From contig CAYIWY010000008.1 in NCBI GenBank assembly GCA_964367355.1, positions 15,172 to 79,171 on the forward strand: a stretch of 64,000 nt of DNA, given 5' to 3'. The notes beneath the pieces were generated by a model. That model was not told where the DNA came from. It saw only the letters and a program-made list of their open reading frames with translations, and searched no databases. The stretch's first letter is position 1, and every line of letters begins with the position of its first letter. Positions 19,547-28,674 of this stretch are shown here, one piece after another. Source of the stretch: an uncultured Gammaproteobacteria bacterium (lineage in GTDB: Bacteria > Patescibacteriota > Microgenomatia > Woykebacterales > RBG-16-39-9b). The position numbers and the translations under genes are program-made.

Positions 19547-19975
19547 ATGAGAAATATTTATATAGGAGTAGTAGTAATTTTATTTTTAGGTATCGGAGCA
19601 TTTGTTTTTTTCCAGAATACTCCAGCCAAAAATGATTCTACAAGCTCGTCAATTAGTACAAACACTGAAAATACAAGTAGTTCCGAAGTCAAAGATGCGG
19701 TAACTATTACTTACACGAGTTCTGGTTTTAGCCCAAACACAGTGATTGTAAAATCCGGTGGATTGATAACTTGGATGAACAATTCAGACGGACAAGTTCA
19801 AGTTGGAGCTAATCCTCATCCGATCCACACTGGTAACAAAGAAATTACTGGCAATGAATTTACACTTGATTTAGATAAAGGTCAACAAAAAACCATGACG
19901 GTAAATAAAACCGGAACGTTTGGTTATCACAACCATATTAATGCAGATGAAACTGGTACCATCATTGTAAAATGA
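19547..19975 (+). CDS. membrane-anchored cupredoxin-like protein
   Basis: FSPNTVIVKSG..ITWMN, HPIH, GTFGYHNH. Confidence 0.7.
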   Translation: MRNIYIGVVVILFLGIGAFVFFQNTPAKNDSTSSSISTNTENTSSSEVKDAVTITYTSSGFSPNTVIVKSGGLITWMNNSDGQVQVGANPHPIHTGNKEITGNEFTLDLDKGQQKTMTVNKTGTFGYHNHINADETGTIIVK

Positions 19976-19988
19976 TCTAAAACTGCCT

Positions 19989-20858
19989 ATGGATGAAGTA
20001 CGACAACACGATCCGCAAACACTAGAACATCTGGCCAAAATCGCTGAAGGTATCCGCGAGGATATAATTAATGCTTTGGTTGAAGCTAAAAGTGGCCATA
20101 GTGCCGGGCCTTTGGGAATGGCTGATGTTTTCACGGCGCTCTACTTTAGCGTTTTAAATATTGATCCGCAGAACCCGACCTGGCGTGACCGTGACCGAGT
20201 CGTCCTTTCCAACGGTCATATTGCTCCAGTTTTGTACGTCACTTTGGCACACGCTGGTTTTTTCCCCAAAGAAGAGCTTTTGACTTTAAGAAAAATCAAC
20301 TCTCGTCTCCAAGGCCACCCCCACTATGGTAGTTTGCCGGGAATCGAAAATACCGGCGGACCGTTGGCTCAAGGAATTTCCCAGGCAATCGGGATGGCTC
20401 TCGCTGCCAAAATGAACGGTGAAAAACATCATGTTTATTGTCTAATGGGTGACGGTGAGCAAGATGAGGGTCAAGTTTGGGAAGCTATTATGTTTGCCGG
20501 GAAAAATAAAATCGCGAATCTTACTGCGATTGTTGATCGCAACAATATTCAAATCGATGGTATAACCGAAAATATTATGCCGCTAGAACCACTGAAAGAT
20601 AAATACGAAGCTTTCAACTGGCACGTTATTGAAGTTGACGGCCACAACTTTGAAGAAATTATCAATGCCTGTAATTTAGCTAAAACAATAACTGAAAAAC
20701 CAGTCATGATCATCGCCCACACGATTCCAGGCAAAGGCGTCGATTTTATGGAATATGATTATAAGTGGCACGGCAAACCACCCACACCTGAAGAAGGTAA
20801 AAAAGCCTTACATGAACTGCGAACTCTCAAAGGAAGGATTACCGGAGAACATGAGTGA
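19989..20858 (+). CDS. transketolase, N-terminal subunit
   Basis: SGHSAG, SNGH, LQGHP, GDGEQDEG, WHGK. Confidence 0.95.
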   Translation: MDEVRQHDPQTLEHLAKIAEGIREDIINALVEAKSGHSAGPLGMADVFTALYFSVLNIDPQNPTWRDRDRVVLSNGHIAPVLYVTLAHAGFFPKEELLTLRKINSRLQGHPHYGSLPGIENTGGPLAQGISQAIGMALAAKMNGEKHHVYCLMGDGEQDEGQVWEAIMFAGKNKIANLTAIVDRNNIQIDGITENIMPLEPLKDKYEAFNWHVIEVDGHNFEEIINACNLAKTITEKPVMIIAHTIPGKGVDFMEYDYKWHGKPPTPEEGKKALHELRTLKGRITGEHE

Positions 20859-21549
20859 GGAAAATCCCATGACGGGTAATAAATCTGGCATAATCTTGGC
20901 AATTCTGGGAGTGGTCATCTCTTTCCAAGTCCCTTATCACCTATTCATTACTGGTCCTTTTAAATCGCTTGCCGGAACTATTAATAATTTAACTGACTTG
21001 AAAAACATTTATTTAGACGAAGCTAAAGCTAATGCCACGATAGGTTTATTTGAGCTTCTTATATGGATAATTCTGCCAACGCTTCTAATCTGGATAATAT
21101 TAATTTCATGGCGAAAAAGAAAATTTATTCAAATGAGTTTTATAGCTCTGAGTTTCGGGGTTTTGTTTTTCGCTGTAAATTGGGGACATAATCAGTTAGA
21201 TTTAAAACAGTATGAGAAATCTTCTAGATTTCAAAGAGCGGAAAGGTTGTTTATGGACGGTCAATATCCTAGCGTTATGGGGTATAAATTTAAAGATACC
21301 GACGAGACCTCTGAGAAGGTAAGCTCTTTAACCTTTGAAACAACTGAATATATAGAAACGATTTCGTCTTTCTATTTGACCAAGGGTTTTGTAGTTGATT
21401 ATGTTTCTGAAGATGGAAAGAATAAAACGTTAAGAAAAGAAGAAGGTTACAACCATGGAAATGATAAGTATGCTTATATGAGTATATCTAATCAGGTTAG
21501 CGGCAAGAACAAGGTTCACATTTCCAAAGTAGAGTTTGAGTTCCATTAA
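20851..21549 (+). CDS. cassette 1: multi-TM membrane protein with C-terminal soluble domain
   Basis: ATG overlaps the tktN stop; shares motifs with 22492..23250. Confidence 0.7.
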   Translation: MSEENPMTGNKSGIILAILGVVISFQVPYHLFITGPFKSLAGTINNLTDLKNIYLDEAKANATIGLFELLIWIILPTLLIWIILISWRKRKFIQMSFIALSFGVLFFAVNWGHNQLDLKQYEKSSRFQRAERLFMDGQYPSVMGYKFKDTDETSEKVSSLTFETTEYIETISSFYLTKGFVVDYVSEDGKNKTLRKEEGYNHGNDKYAYMSISNQVSGKNKVHISKVEFEFH

Positions 21550-21557
21550 GGGTCTAA

Positions 21558-21692
21558 ATGATAAACCCAAGAATTTTTGAAAAAGACCTGCCTGACGGCA
21601 AGGCAGGTGTGCAGCAAGCTGAAGTTAAATTGAAGCTAGCTGTGCAAGGTCGGGCCTTGCACAGAGGAAGGATCACTGGGGAACATGAATAG
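21558..21692 (+). repeat. junction 1: tktC-5' / palindromes / tktN-3' hybrid, open as a 44-aa mini-ORF
   Basis: MINPRIFEKD-LPDGKAG-VQQA...ALHRGRITGEHE* versus tktC MSNFNPRIFEKDVEQA and tktN ...GRITGEHE*. Confidence 0.9.
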
Positions 21693-22350
21693 TAACGAAG
21701 ATGGAACTAAAGCCTTGGGGAATAACGAAGTTAATAACGAACCACAGGGAGGATCTAAGTTTCAAATAAGGCATGGTAGAGCACTACTTCTAAGCGGTTT
21801 AATTTTATTAGTAGTCTTGGGGGGTTTGGAGTTACTGATTAGTCAAGGTAAACTCTTTAAAGAAGCAGAAAAAACCAAACCGACAACGGAGAAATCTAAA
21901 TATAATACGAGTCTTGAGGAAAACAATGATACAAAAATATCGACCGATTCAACCTCAGTGAACGCTACAGTTACCGAGTCAGTTAAAACAAATACAGCTC
22001 AGAACAGTCAAACAAAGGAACTTGGAATAGTTGAACAGACTCTTGTAATCAGAGATCCAGTGGAAATTCAAGCCACCTTTAATATTGCCTGGGGAGACGA
22101 GTCAGGTAAAAATGTTGAAATAATATTGATACACCCAGATGGAAGGCAAATAGAAATTGCTCCGGTTGATATCCAAACTTCCATCGATTATGAACTTGAA
22201 AAGAAGTCTTTCCAAGACAAATCTGAACAAAGTAGTGTTTTTAAATTATTTCCCAGCGACCCATTGGTGGCACCTCTGCCCGGTGAATGGACGATGCGTG
22301 TGACAGCTCCGGTGGGAACACATTTAGTGTTTGGGGTCCTTCAACTTTAG
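21685..22350 (+). CDS. cassette 2: single-TM protein with Ser/Thr linker and C-terminal beta-rich domain
   Basis: TM near residues 34-52; HPDGRQI, PLPGEWTMRV. Confidence 0.7.
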   Translation: MNSNEDGTKALGNNEVNNEPQGGSKFQIRHGRALLLSGLILLVVLGGLELLISQGKLFKEAEKTKPTTEKSKYNTSLEENNDTKISTDSTSVNATVTESVKTNTAQNSQTKELGIVEQTLVIRDPVEIQATFNIAWGDESGKNVEIILIHPDGRQIEIAPVDIQTSIDYELEKKSFQDKSEQSSVFKLFPSDPLVAPLPGEWTMRVTAPVGTHLVFGVLQL

Positions 22351-22374
22351 TTAAAAAAGTAGCGATAATTAGTT

Positions 22375-22499
22375 ATGAATTTAAACCCAAAACTTTTTGA
22401 TAAAGACCTGACTGACGGCAAGGCAGGTGTTCAGCAAATTGAAGCTAGACGTGCAAGGACGGGCCTTGCAAAAAGGAAGGATAACTGGAACATGAGTGA
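22375..22499 (+). repeat. junction 2: diverged copy of junction 1
   Basis: MNLNPKLFDKD-LTDGKAG-VQQ, TGCAAGG-N5-CCTTGCA hairpin, AAAGGAAGGATAACTGGAACATGAGTGA. Confidence 0.88.
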
Positions 22500-23250
22500 G
22501 CAAAGCACAGATCAAATGGAAAAACCCAAAAAAAGCTTTTTACAAATTTTACTTCTTATAATTAGGGGTTTGCTAATACTAATTTTGCTGGGTTCGGCTG
22601 GTTATGTGGTTTTTATACATAACTGGTTTAACTTTAATGGTGCTAGAGCTACCCCAGAAGGAACCATAGGAAGTGACGTGATGAAAGGAATCTTTATAGC
22701 AGAAAACAGTAATCAGATACCTGAGTTAGCCGAGAAAAGTATTAGAAGTTCTCAATGGATGAATCCTATGGAATTATCTATTTGGGTATTTTTCCCATGG
22801 GTCTTGTTAGTATTTGCATTCTTTTTCTGGAGAGGTAGAGCAATAAAAAAGCTAAACGCGCTCCTTATATTAGCGCTTTTATTAGTAATATTTTCATTAG
22901 CCCAAACTACCAACATAATCGGTACCAATAAGAATATTGAAAAAGAATTACCCACTTGGAAAAAAGCTGCACAACTGATAGAACATCCTTCGGCAGATAG
23001 ATATAAAGTAACTGATGAAAGATCCATACAAGGAAGATTTACCAGTATTTCCTTTACGACTTTAGTTCCTAAAGCTGATTTAAACGCTTACTATGAAAAC
23101 AAAGGTTTTTCTAACGTAGAATTATATAGTGGCCGTGGACTCTGCAAAGAAGATAACATAATTTCATTTGGACAGGAGAGTTTGGAGATAAGGGTAGGTT
23201 TGAGCGTAAGTTTTGATTACTTAAGGAAAGATATTACACATGAATGTTGA
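22492..23250 (+). CDS. cassette 3: multi-TM membrane protein, paralog of cassette 1 (in frame with junction 2 from 22375)
   Basis: shared ELxIW..P, WR, (Y/H)PS..YK, F.T, Y..KGF motifs. Confidence 0.7.
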   Translation: MSEQSTDQMEKPKKSFLQILLLIIRGLLILILLGSAGYVVFIHNWFNFNGARATPEGTIGSDVMKGIFIAENSNQIPELAEKSIRSSQWMNPMELSIWVFFPWVLLVFAFFFWRGRAIKKLNALLILALLLVIFSLAQTTNIIGTNKNIEKELPTWKKAAQLIEHPSADRYKVTDERSIQGRFTSISFTTLVPKADLNAYYENKGFSNVELYSGRGLCKEDNIISFGQESLEIRVGLSVSFDYLRKDITHEC

Positions 23251-23264
23251 ATATAAAAAATTAA

Positions 23265-24242
23265 ATGAGTAATTTTAACCCAAGAATTTTTGAAAAAGAC
23301 GTTGAACAAGCTGGGACCAGGGATGGCTATGGTCAGGCGTTGCTGGAATTGGGCGATTCCAATAAAGACGTTGTGGTTTTAACTGCTGACCTTGCCGAAT
23401 CAACAAGAGTGGAAGAATTTGGCAAGAAATTTCCAGACAGATTTATCGAATGCGGTGTAGCGGAACAAAATATGATGGGGATTGCGGCTGGTTTGGCCCT
23501 TGCTGGAAAAATTCCGTTCGTTTCTAGTTACGCAGTTTTTTCACCGGGTCGAAGTTGGGATCAACTAAGAGTTAGCGTTTGTTATACACAAGCCAATGTT
23601 AAAGTTGCCGGAGCCCATACTGGAATTTCGGTTGGGCCAGATGGAGCCACGCATCAGGCACTTGAAGATATCGCCATCGTGCGTGTCTTACCTAATATAG
23701 TAGTTGAAGTTCCCTGCGATGCGATTGAGGCTAAAAAAACAACTTTGGTCGCCGCCGCCCACAAAGGCCCGTTTTATTTCCGTTTTGGTCGGGAAAAAAC
23801 ACCGATCATTACGACTGAAGAAGCACCTTTCGAAGTTGGCAAAGCCGAAATTCTGAAAGATGGCGATGACGTTACTATTGTTGCCTGTGGACCACTTGTT
23901 TACCAATCATTATTAGCTGCAAAGCAATTGGAAGTAAAGGGAATAAATGTTAGAGTTATCAATAACCACACGATTAAACCGATCGATACTTTGACTTTGG
24001 CAAAAGCGGCAAAAGAGACTGGTGCGATAGTCACTGTTGAAGAACATCAGGTGATGGCCGGAATGGGAGCCGCCGTTGCGGAAAGTTTAGCGAAAAATTA
24101 CCCAGTGCCAATGGAATTTATTGGTATGCAGGATACATTTGGTGAAAGCGGTAATACAACTGAACTTTACGAAAAATACGGCATGAGTGTCGATGCAATT
24201 TTTAAAGCCGTGGAGAATGTTTTGAAAAGAAAGAACAGATGA
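23265..24242 (+). CDS. transketolase, C-terminal subunit
   Basis: ADLAEST, GVAEQN, DGATHQ, IKPID, VEEH. Confidence 0.95.
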   Translation: MSNFNPRIFEKDVEQAGTRDGYGQALLELGDSNKDVVVLTADLAESTRVEEFGKKFPDRFIECGVAEQNMMGIAAGLALAGKIPFVSSYAVFSPGRSWDQLRVSVCYTQANVKVAGAHTGISVGPDGATHQALEDIAIVRVLPNIVVEVPCDAIEAKKTTLVAAAHKGPFYFRFGREKTPIITTEEAPFEVGKAEILKDGDDVTIVACGPLVYQSLLAAKQLEVKGINVRVINNHTIKPIDTLTLAKAAKETGAIVTVEEHQVMAGMGAAVAESLAKNYPVPMEFIGMQDTFGESGNTTELYEKYGMSVDAIFKAVENVLKRKNR

Positions 24243-25393
24243 TCAAAAATCTTCTTGTCTATCTGGTAACTCTTTTTGGTACTGCTGTTCTTGTGATGAT
24301 TTCTATGATTGCAGTTTTCCCTAAAGCTGCTGAAAGCGGCGGTTTTTTTGTAGCGATTTTAGCCCCTGTTTATGGCTTTCTTACTTATCGCTTTGCTAAT
24401 AATTTTTTTAATAACGCAAACAAGAAAATGAACCCAAAAATTAAGTGGCTGATTTTTCTATCAATTGCTGTGGTAACAACAGTCGCAACTCCTTTCTTAG
24501 TCCCATATCTTGGTGATGAGTCTAACCATCTTTTCAGAAGTGGGTTAGGAGGTTTAGTTTTTGGAGTTTGGTTTATCTTTATTCTTCCAAGTTTCTTTCT
24601 TAATCTCTTTGTAAGCTACTATCTAAAGATTCCAGATGAACTAAGTCCTATTTTGATTACAGTATTTGTTGGATTACAGTTTTTGGTTCTTGCAGGAGCG
24701 AAAAGGTTAGTTGATAAAGTGTCTGGGAAAAAGAAGATTTTACTTGTCCTGAGTCTAATTTTACTAACTTTACTAATATTTCTGGGTTTATTAATTGAAT
24801 ATAGTGTAGATAGATCTTTGCGAAGCCAATTTGATACAACGCCAAGAAATAAACAAACAGCAACCAAATCTTCTACCACCGCAGAGTTGAAACCTGTAAA
24901 ACAACAAATCCCCGGTTGGTTAATGTACCAAAGTGAGTATCTGAGTTTTGAACACCCCTCTCGGTTAAAAAGTTGTTGTGGTATACAAACTACAGCCCTT
25001 GATTCTAAGGAAAAAGAAGTAAAGCAAATAGCAGTATTGGGGGATGTTCCTGAAACTGACCTGGGATCAGGAAGACATTTTGATGGGTTAGCTATAGATG
25101 TGGATATAAACCCACAGAAAACCTCATTTGATAAATATGTAGAGAATGAAAAAAATGCTTGGAAACAAAATTATTTAGAGTTCACACAAAGATTATCAGA
25201 GAAAACTTCAGAAAGTGAATTAATTGTGAATGGACAAAAAGGAATGATACTTAAAGGTTATACTTGGTTTGGGGCTGATATTCTCTATGTTCCTTTTCCT
25301 GATAATCAGAAAATACTTATCATAGCTAAAACGGAAAAAACCGCTGGGAGCTTTACAGAGTTTGATCAAGTTCTTAAAACATTGAGGTTTTAA
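24239..25393 (+). CDS. hypothetical multi-TM protein with C-terminal extracytoplasmic domain
   Basis: about 6 hydrophobic helices then a soluble domain ending FDQVLKTLRF. Confidence 0.7.
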   Translation: MIKNLLVYLVTLFGTAVLVMISMIAVFPKAAESGGFFVAILAPVYGFLTYRFANNFFNNANKKMNPKIKWLIFLSIAVVTTVATPFLVPYLGDESNHLFRSGLGGLVFGVWFIFILPSFFLNLFVSYYLKIPDELSPILITVFVGLQFLVLAGAKRLVDKVSGKKKILLVLSLILLTLLIFLGLLIEYSVDRSLRSQFDTTPRNKQTATKSSTTAELKPVKQQIPGWLMYQSEYLSFEHPSRLKSCCGIQTTALDSKEKEVKQIAVLGDVPETDLGSGRHFDGLAIDVDINPQKTSFDKYVENEKNAWKQNYLEFTQRLSEKTSESELIVNGQKGMILKGYTWFGADILYVPFPDNQKILIIAKTEKTAGSFTEFDQVLKTLRF

Positions 25394-25493
25394 ATCTTTG
25401 TCTATTACTAAACCCATCTTACTTTGCTAGAATTAGATAACCAGATTCGAGCAATCATTGACAAACTGTAACTATTGTATATACTTTAGTTAT

Positions 25494-25769
25494 ATGCAAA
25501 CAGTAATTCATATCAAGGCAGACAAAGAAGTGAAGGAAAACGCAGCCAAGGTTGCGGCAGATCTCGGTCTTAATTTAAGTGATGTGATAAACGCTTCACT
25601 GAGAAATTTCATCAGGACCAGAGAGATTTATTTTTCCCATACTCCCCGAATGACTCCCGAACTTGAAAAGCTTCTTGACAGAGTTGAAGAGGACATTAAA
25701 AAAGGGCGTAATTTATCGCCTCAATTTAAATCAGCTGATGAAGCTATTGCCTGGTTGAGAGCTCGATGA
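25494..25769 (+). CDS. RelB/DinJ-like antitoxin
   Basis: VIHIKADKEVK..A...LGLNLSDVIN; own TTGACA/TATACT promoter; upstream of toxin. Confidence 0.82.
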   Translation: MQTVIHIKADKEVKENAAKVAADLGLNLSDVINASLRNFIRTREIYFSHTPRMTPELEKLLDRVEEDIKKGRNLSPQFKSADEAIAWLRAR

Positions 25770-26023
25770 TAATTGTTTTTCATAGAGACTTTAAAAAACA
25801 TTACAAAAAGTTACCCAGCAAAGTAAAGGCGAAACTGGAAGAGAGGTTAAGAATTTTTAAGGATGAGGAGTTTGATCCGGTTCTAAATAATCATGCCTTA
25901 AAAGGCAAGTGGTTGGGTTATAGGAGCATAAATGTGAGCGGTGACATCAGGGCAATATTTAAACGTGAGGCTGAGAGTGCGCTTTTTGTTGCAATAGATA
26001 CCCACAGCAATTTATACAGTTAA
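25766..26023 (+). CDS. RelE/YafQ-family mRNA interferase toxin
   Basis: FKKHYKKL, LNNHALKG, RSINVSGDIR, DTHSNLY. Confidence 0.85.
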   Translation: MIIVFHRDFKKHYKKLPSKVKAKLEERLRIFKDEEFDPVLNNHALKGKWLGYRSINVSGDIRAIFKREAESALFVAIDTHSNLYS

Positions 26024-26138
26024 TAATTTCCTCAAGATTTTTTGTTATAATTAGCCCATGGTTACGAAGTGAGTTTCAATACTGAGACATCTTTAAAGAG
26101 ATAGAAGTTATTAACCCTTTCAGGTAAAATATTAAATA

Positions 26139-26234
26139 ATGACTGCCCATGATTGGTCCCGCCTGACATGCCTGACGTCAGTCTGGCGGGCAGGTAGAAA
26201 AGCTAAAAATAAATTGACTGGAGGTTGTTTATGA
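26139..26234 (+). other. relic fba start mini-ORF with in-frame palindrome insert
   Basis: MTAHDW+12 codons+GRKAK versus fba MTVKDWLEKAK; CCCGCC...GGCGGG; ATGA overlap with fba. Confidence 0.7.
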
Positions 26235-27097
26235 CCGTTAAAGATTGGCTTGAGAAAGCTAAGCGTGAACACTTTGCTATTCCCGCCTTGAATGCTGGGA
26301 CTTTGGAAGTTCTCAAGGCCATAGTTCAAGCCGCAGTTGAGGCGCGTTCCCCAGTTATTATCGAAACCGCTATTGGCGAAACCAAATGGATGGAAGCCGA
26401 AAACATTCTCTGCATCTGTCGCAATTTTTCGGACAAATACAAAGTTCCGATCATAATTAACCTTGATCACGCTTATACTTTTGAAGACTGCCGTCCGGGA
26501 ATTGATGCTGGTTTTGATTTAATCCATTTTGACGGTTCTAAACTTCCTTACGAAGAAAATGTGGCGACGGCGAAAAAAATTGTTCCTGAATGTCATGGCA
26601 AAGGCCAAATTGTCGAAGGGGAAATGGATCGAATTCCCGGCGAAGGTTCTGAACTTCATGCTGCAGGAAGTGTTGATCAAGCAACTATTGATAAAGGAAA
26701 GAGCCACCCCGAAACCGCAGCCAAATTTGTCACCGAGACTGGTGTGGATATTTTCGCTTCTTTTTTTGGTAATATTCACGGAATTACACAAGGGTACATA
26801 CCTCACCTTGATATTGATCTTTTAGGGCGTATTCAAGAGGCGATTCCAGATACATTTTTGTCAATGCACGGTTCTTCCGGAACACCGGATGACCAGGTTC
26901 GAGCAGCCGTTGCTGGTCCAGTGGTTAAAGTTAATGTTAACACCGAAATTCGTTTGGCTTACCGCCAAGCTTTAGAAAAATCTTTATCAGAGAAAAAAGA
27001 ACTTGCCCCTTATAAATTTTTCCCACCAGTTGTCGAAGCAGTTAAACAACAAGCACTGCGTTGGATTGGTCTTTGCGGAAGTGGGGGTAAGTTGTGA
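26231..27097 (+). CDS. fba: class II fructose-bisphosphate aldolase
   Basis: NLDH, FDGS, VEGE, GNIHG, MHGSSG, KVNVNTE. Confidence 0.92.
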   Translation: MTVKDWLEKAKREHFAIPALNAGTLEVLKAIVQAAVEARSPVIIETAIGETKWMEAENILCICRNFSDKYKVPIIINLDHAYTFEDCRPGIDAGFDLIHFDGSKLPYEENVATAKKIVPECHGKGQIVEGEMDRIPGEGSELHAAGSVDQATIDKGKSHPETAAKFVTETGVDIFASFFGNIHGITQGYIPHLDIDLLGRIQEAIPDTFLSMHGSSGTPDDQVRAAVAGPVVKVNVNTEIRLAYRQALEKSLSEKKELAPYKFFPPVVEAVKQQALRWIGLCGSGGKL

Positions 27098-27570
27098 AGG
27101 TAACTAAAGAAATTACATTGTTGCGCAATTTTTACTTAGGGGTATTTTTTGTTGGTGTTTTGCTAATTATCCTTATGCATACTTTTAACAGACCCGCGCT
27201 TGAAGTGTTTAGAATTCCAACATTTATTGGTATAACCTCAGAGTTTAATGGATTGGATTACTTTCCAACATTTAAAATTTACCAAATTAGTTTGGTAACA
27301 GCATTATTTTCTGTGTTGGTGGATGCACTATGTCTGACCAATTATCGTTCAAAATTCTTATTGAAGATTTCGGAAATTAGTACCGTTGTTGGTTTAGCAG
27401 TACTTTTGCTAGCCTTATTTTTCTTTTCTTACAATTTCTTGATTATTGACCAAACCTTGCGTGCTACCGCATTATTGTATATAGCTTTCTCAATATGTTT
27501 AGTTGTCGTGGATTGTTTAAATATAAAGGTTGATGAAAGACTACTCTCAAAAGGAACAAAACATGTATGA
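27094..27570 (+). CDS. hypothetical 4-TM membrane protein
   Basis: hydrophobic ORF overlapping both neighbours. Confidence 0.65.
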   Translation: MKVTKEITLLRNFYLGVFFVGVLLIILMHTFNRPALEVFRIPTFIGITSEFNGLDYFPTFKIYQISLVTALFSVLVDALCLTNYRSKFLLKISEISTVVGLAVLLLALFFFSYNFLIIDQTLRATALLYIAFSICLVVVDCLNIKVDERLLSKGTKHV

Positions 27571-28549
27571 CCTAATTAGTGTTGGTGACTCGATGATGGA
27601 CACTTTTATAAAAATAAATGATGCTCATGTTATGTGTACTGTTAATAAAGAAAGTTGTGAGCTTTGTGTCAAATATGGTGATAAGATACCAGTCGAATCA
27701 GTTCAACACATGGTTGCCGGAAACGCCGCCAACAATGCAGTTGGTTCGTCTCGTTTGGGTTTAAAAACAGCCATTTATGTTAATGTTGGTTCCGATGATT
27801 CCGGGTTTCGAATTAAGAAAAAGTTAGTCGAAGAAGAAGTTGAACCCGTTTATATAAAAGTTAACGAAGGAATGGAATCAAATTATTCTGCAGTCCTTAA
27901 TTTCCAAGGTGAGCGGACAATCTTCGTTTATCATCAACAATGGGATTACGAGTTGCCAAAAATGGAGAGTGCAAAATGGGTTTACTATACCAGCGCGTCA
28001 CCTAGTTTCACAAAAGGAAATCTTTCTGCCGATCTGGTTAACTATATTAAAACGTCCGGTGCTAAAATGGGCTATAACCCCGGAACTTATCAAATGAAAG
28101 CCGGAGTCAAAAATTTCCCGGAAATACTGGCAGCAACCGAGGTTTTCTTTGTTAATGTCGAAGAAGCAAAAAGAATTTTGGAAATTTCCGAAGAAACTCA
28201 AATTGGGATTAAGGAACTGTTGAAAAAAACCCGTGACGACTTGGGACTGCGAACAGTTGTGATAACAGACGGCAACGACGGCTCCTACAGTTTTGACGGC
28301 ACTGACGTCTGGAAACTTCCAGAATTTCCAGGTGAGAGAGTTGAGGCGACCGGCGCTGGAGATGCTTTTGCAACAGCTACTTGCGCGGCGTTTTTTCATG
28401 GAAAAACTTTACCGGAAGCAATGGTTTGGGGTAGTATCAATGGAGCCAGTGTTGTTCATGAGATTGGTCCTCAAGCCGGGCTATTAACACTGGAAGAAAT
28501 TGAAAAGAGAAGGAACAGCCGACCTGATTTTCAGCCGACAAAAATTTAA
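27563..28549 (+). CDS. PfkB family carbohydrate kinase
   Basis: AGNAANNA, NVEEA, ITDG, ATGAGDAF. Confidence 0.92.
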   Translation: MYDLISVGDSMMDTFIKINDAHVMCTVNKESCELCVKYGDKIPVESVQHMVAGNAANNAVGSSRLGLKTAIYVNVGSDDSGFRIKKKLVEEEVEPVYIKVNEGMESNYSAVLNFQGERTIFVYHQQWDYELPKMESAKWVYYTSASPSFTKGNLSADLVNYIKTSGAKMGYNPGTYQMKAGVKNFPEILAATEVFFVNVEEAKRILEISEETQIGIKELLKKTRDDLGLRTVVITDGNDGSYSFDGTDVWKLPEFPGERVEATGAGDAFATATCAAFFHGKTLPEAMVWGSINGASVVHEIGPQAGLLTLEEIEKRRNSRPDFQPTKI

Positions 28550-28561
28550 AGGAGGTTTCTT

Positions 28562-28672
28562 ATGGTTCAAGTAAAAATTTATTCAACTCAGACGTGTCCT
28601 TTTTGCAACATAACTCGTTCCTTGCAGTCGCGTGATATTTTACAAAAGTTAAGTTTATTAACAGGAGGTTAA
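28562..28672 (+). pseudogene. relic glutaredoxin 5' end (36-aa mini-ORF)
   Basis: first 15 codons encode the same MVQVKIYSTQTCPFC as the next gene; own GGAGG. Confidence 0.85.
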
Positions 28673-28674
28673 CA

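Noticed and set aside
20755-20850. Long ORF-track start for cassette 1 (similarly extended starts at 13767-14414, 40514, 56472, 57100)
   Set aside because: The extensions overlap upstream genes or terminators; downstream starts fit motifs and coupling better.
20851-23250. Classical integron with attC sites
   Set aside because: No IntI gene and no recognisable RYYYAAC...GTTRRRY attC boxes; the junctions derive from tkt gene ends.
26085-26128. Relic of the tktC 3' end (DIFKEIE versus AIFKAVE)
   Set aside because: Similarity is too short and weak to separate from chance.
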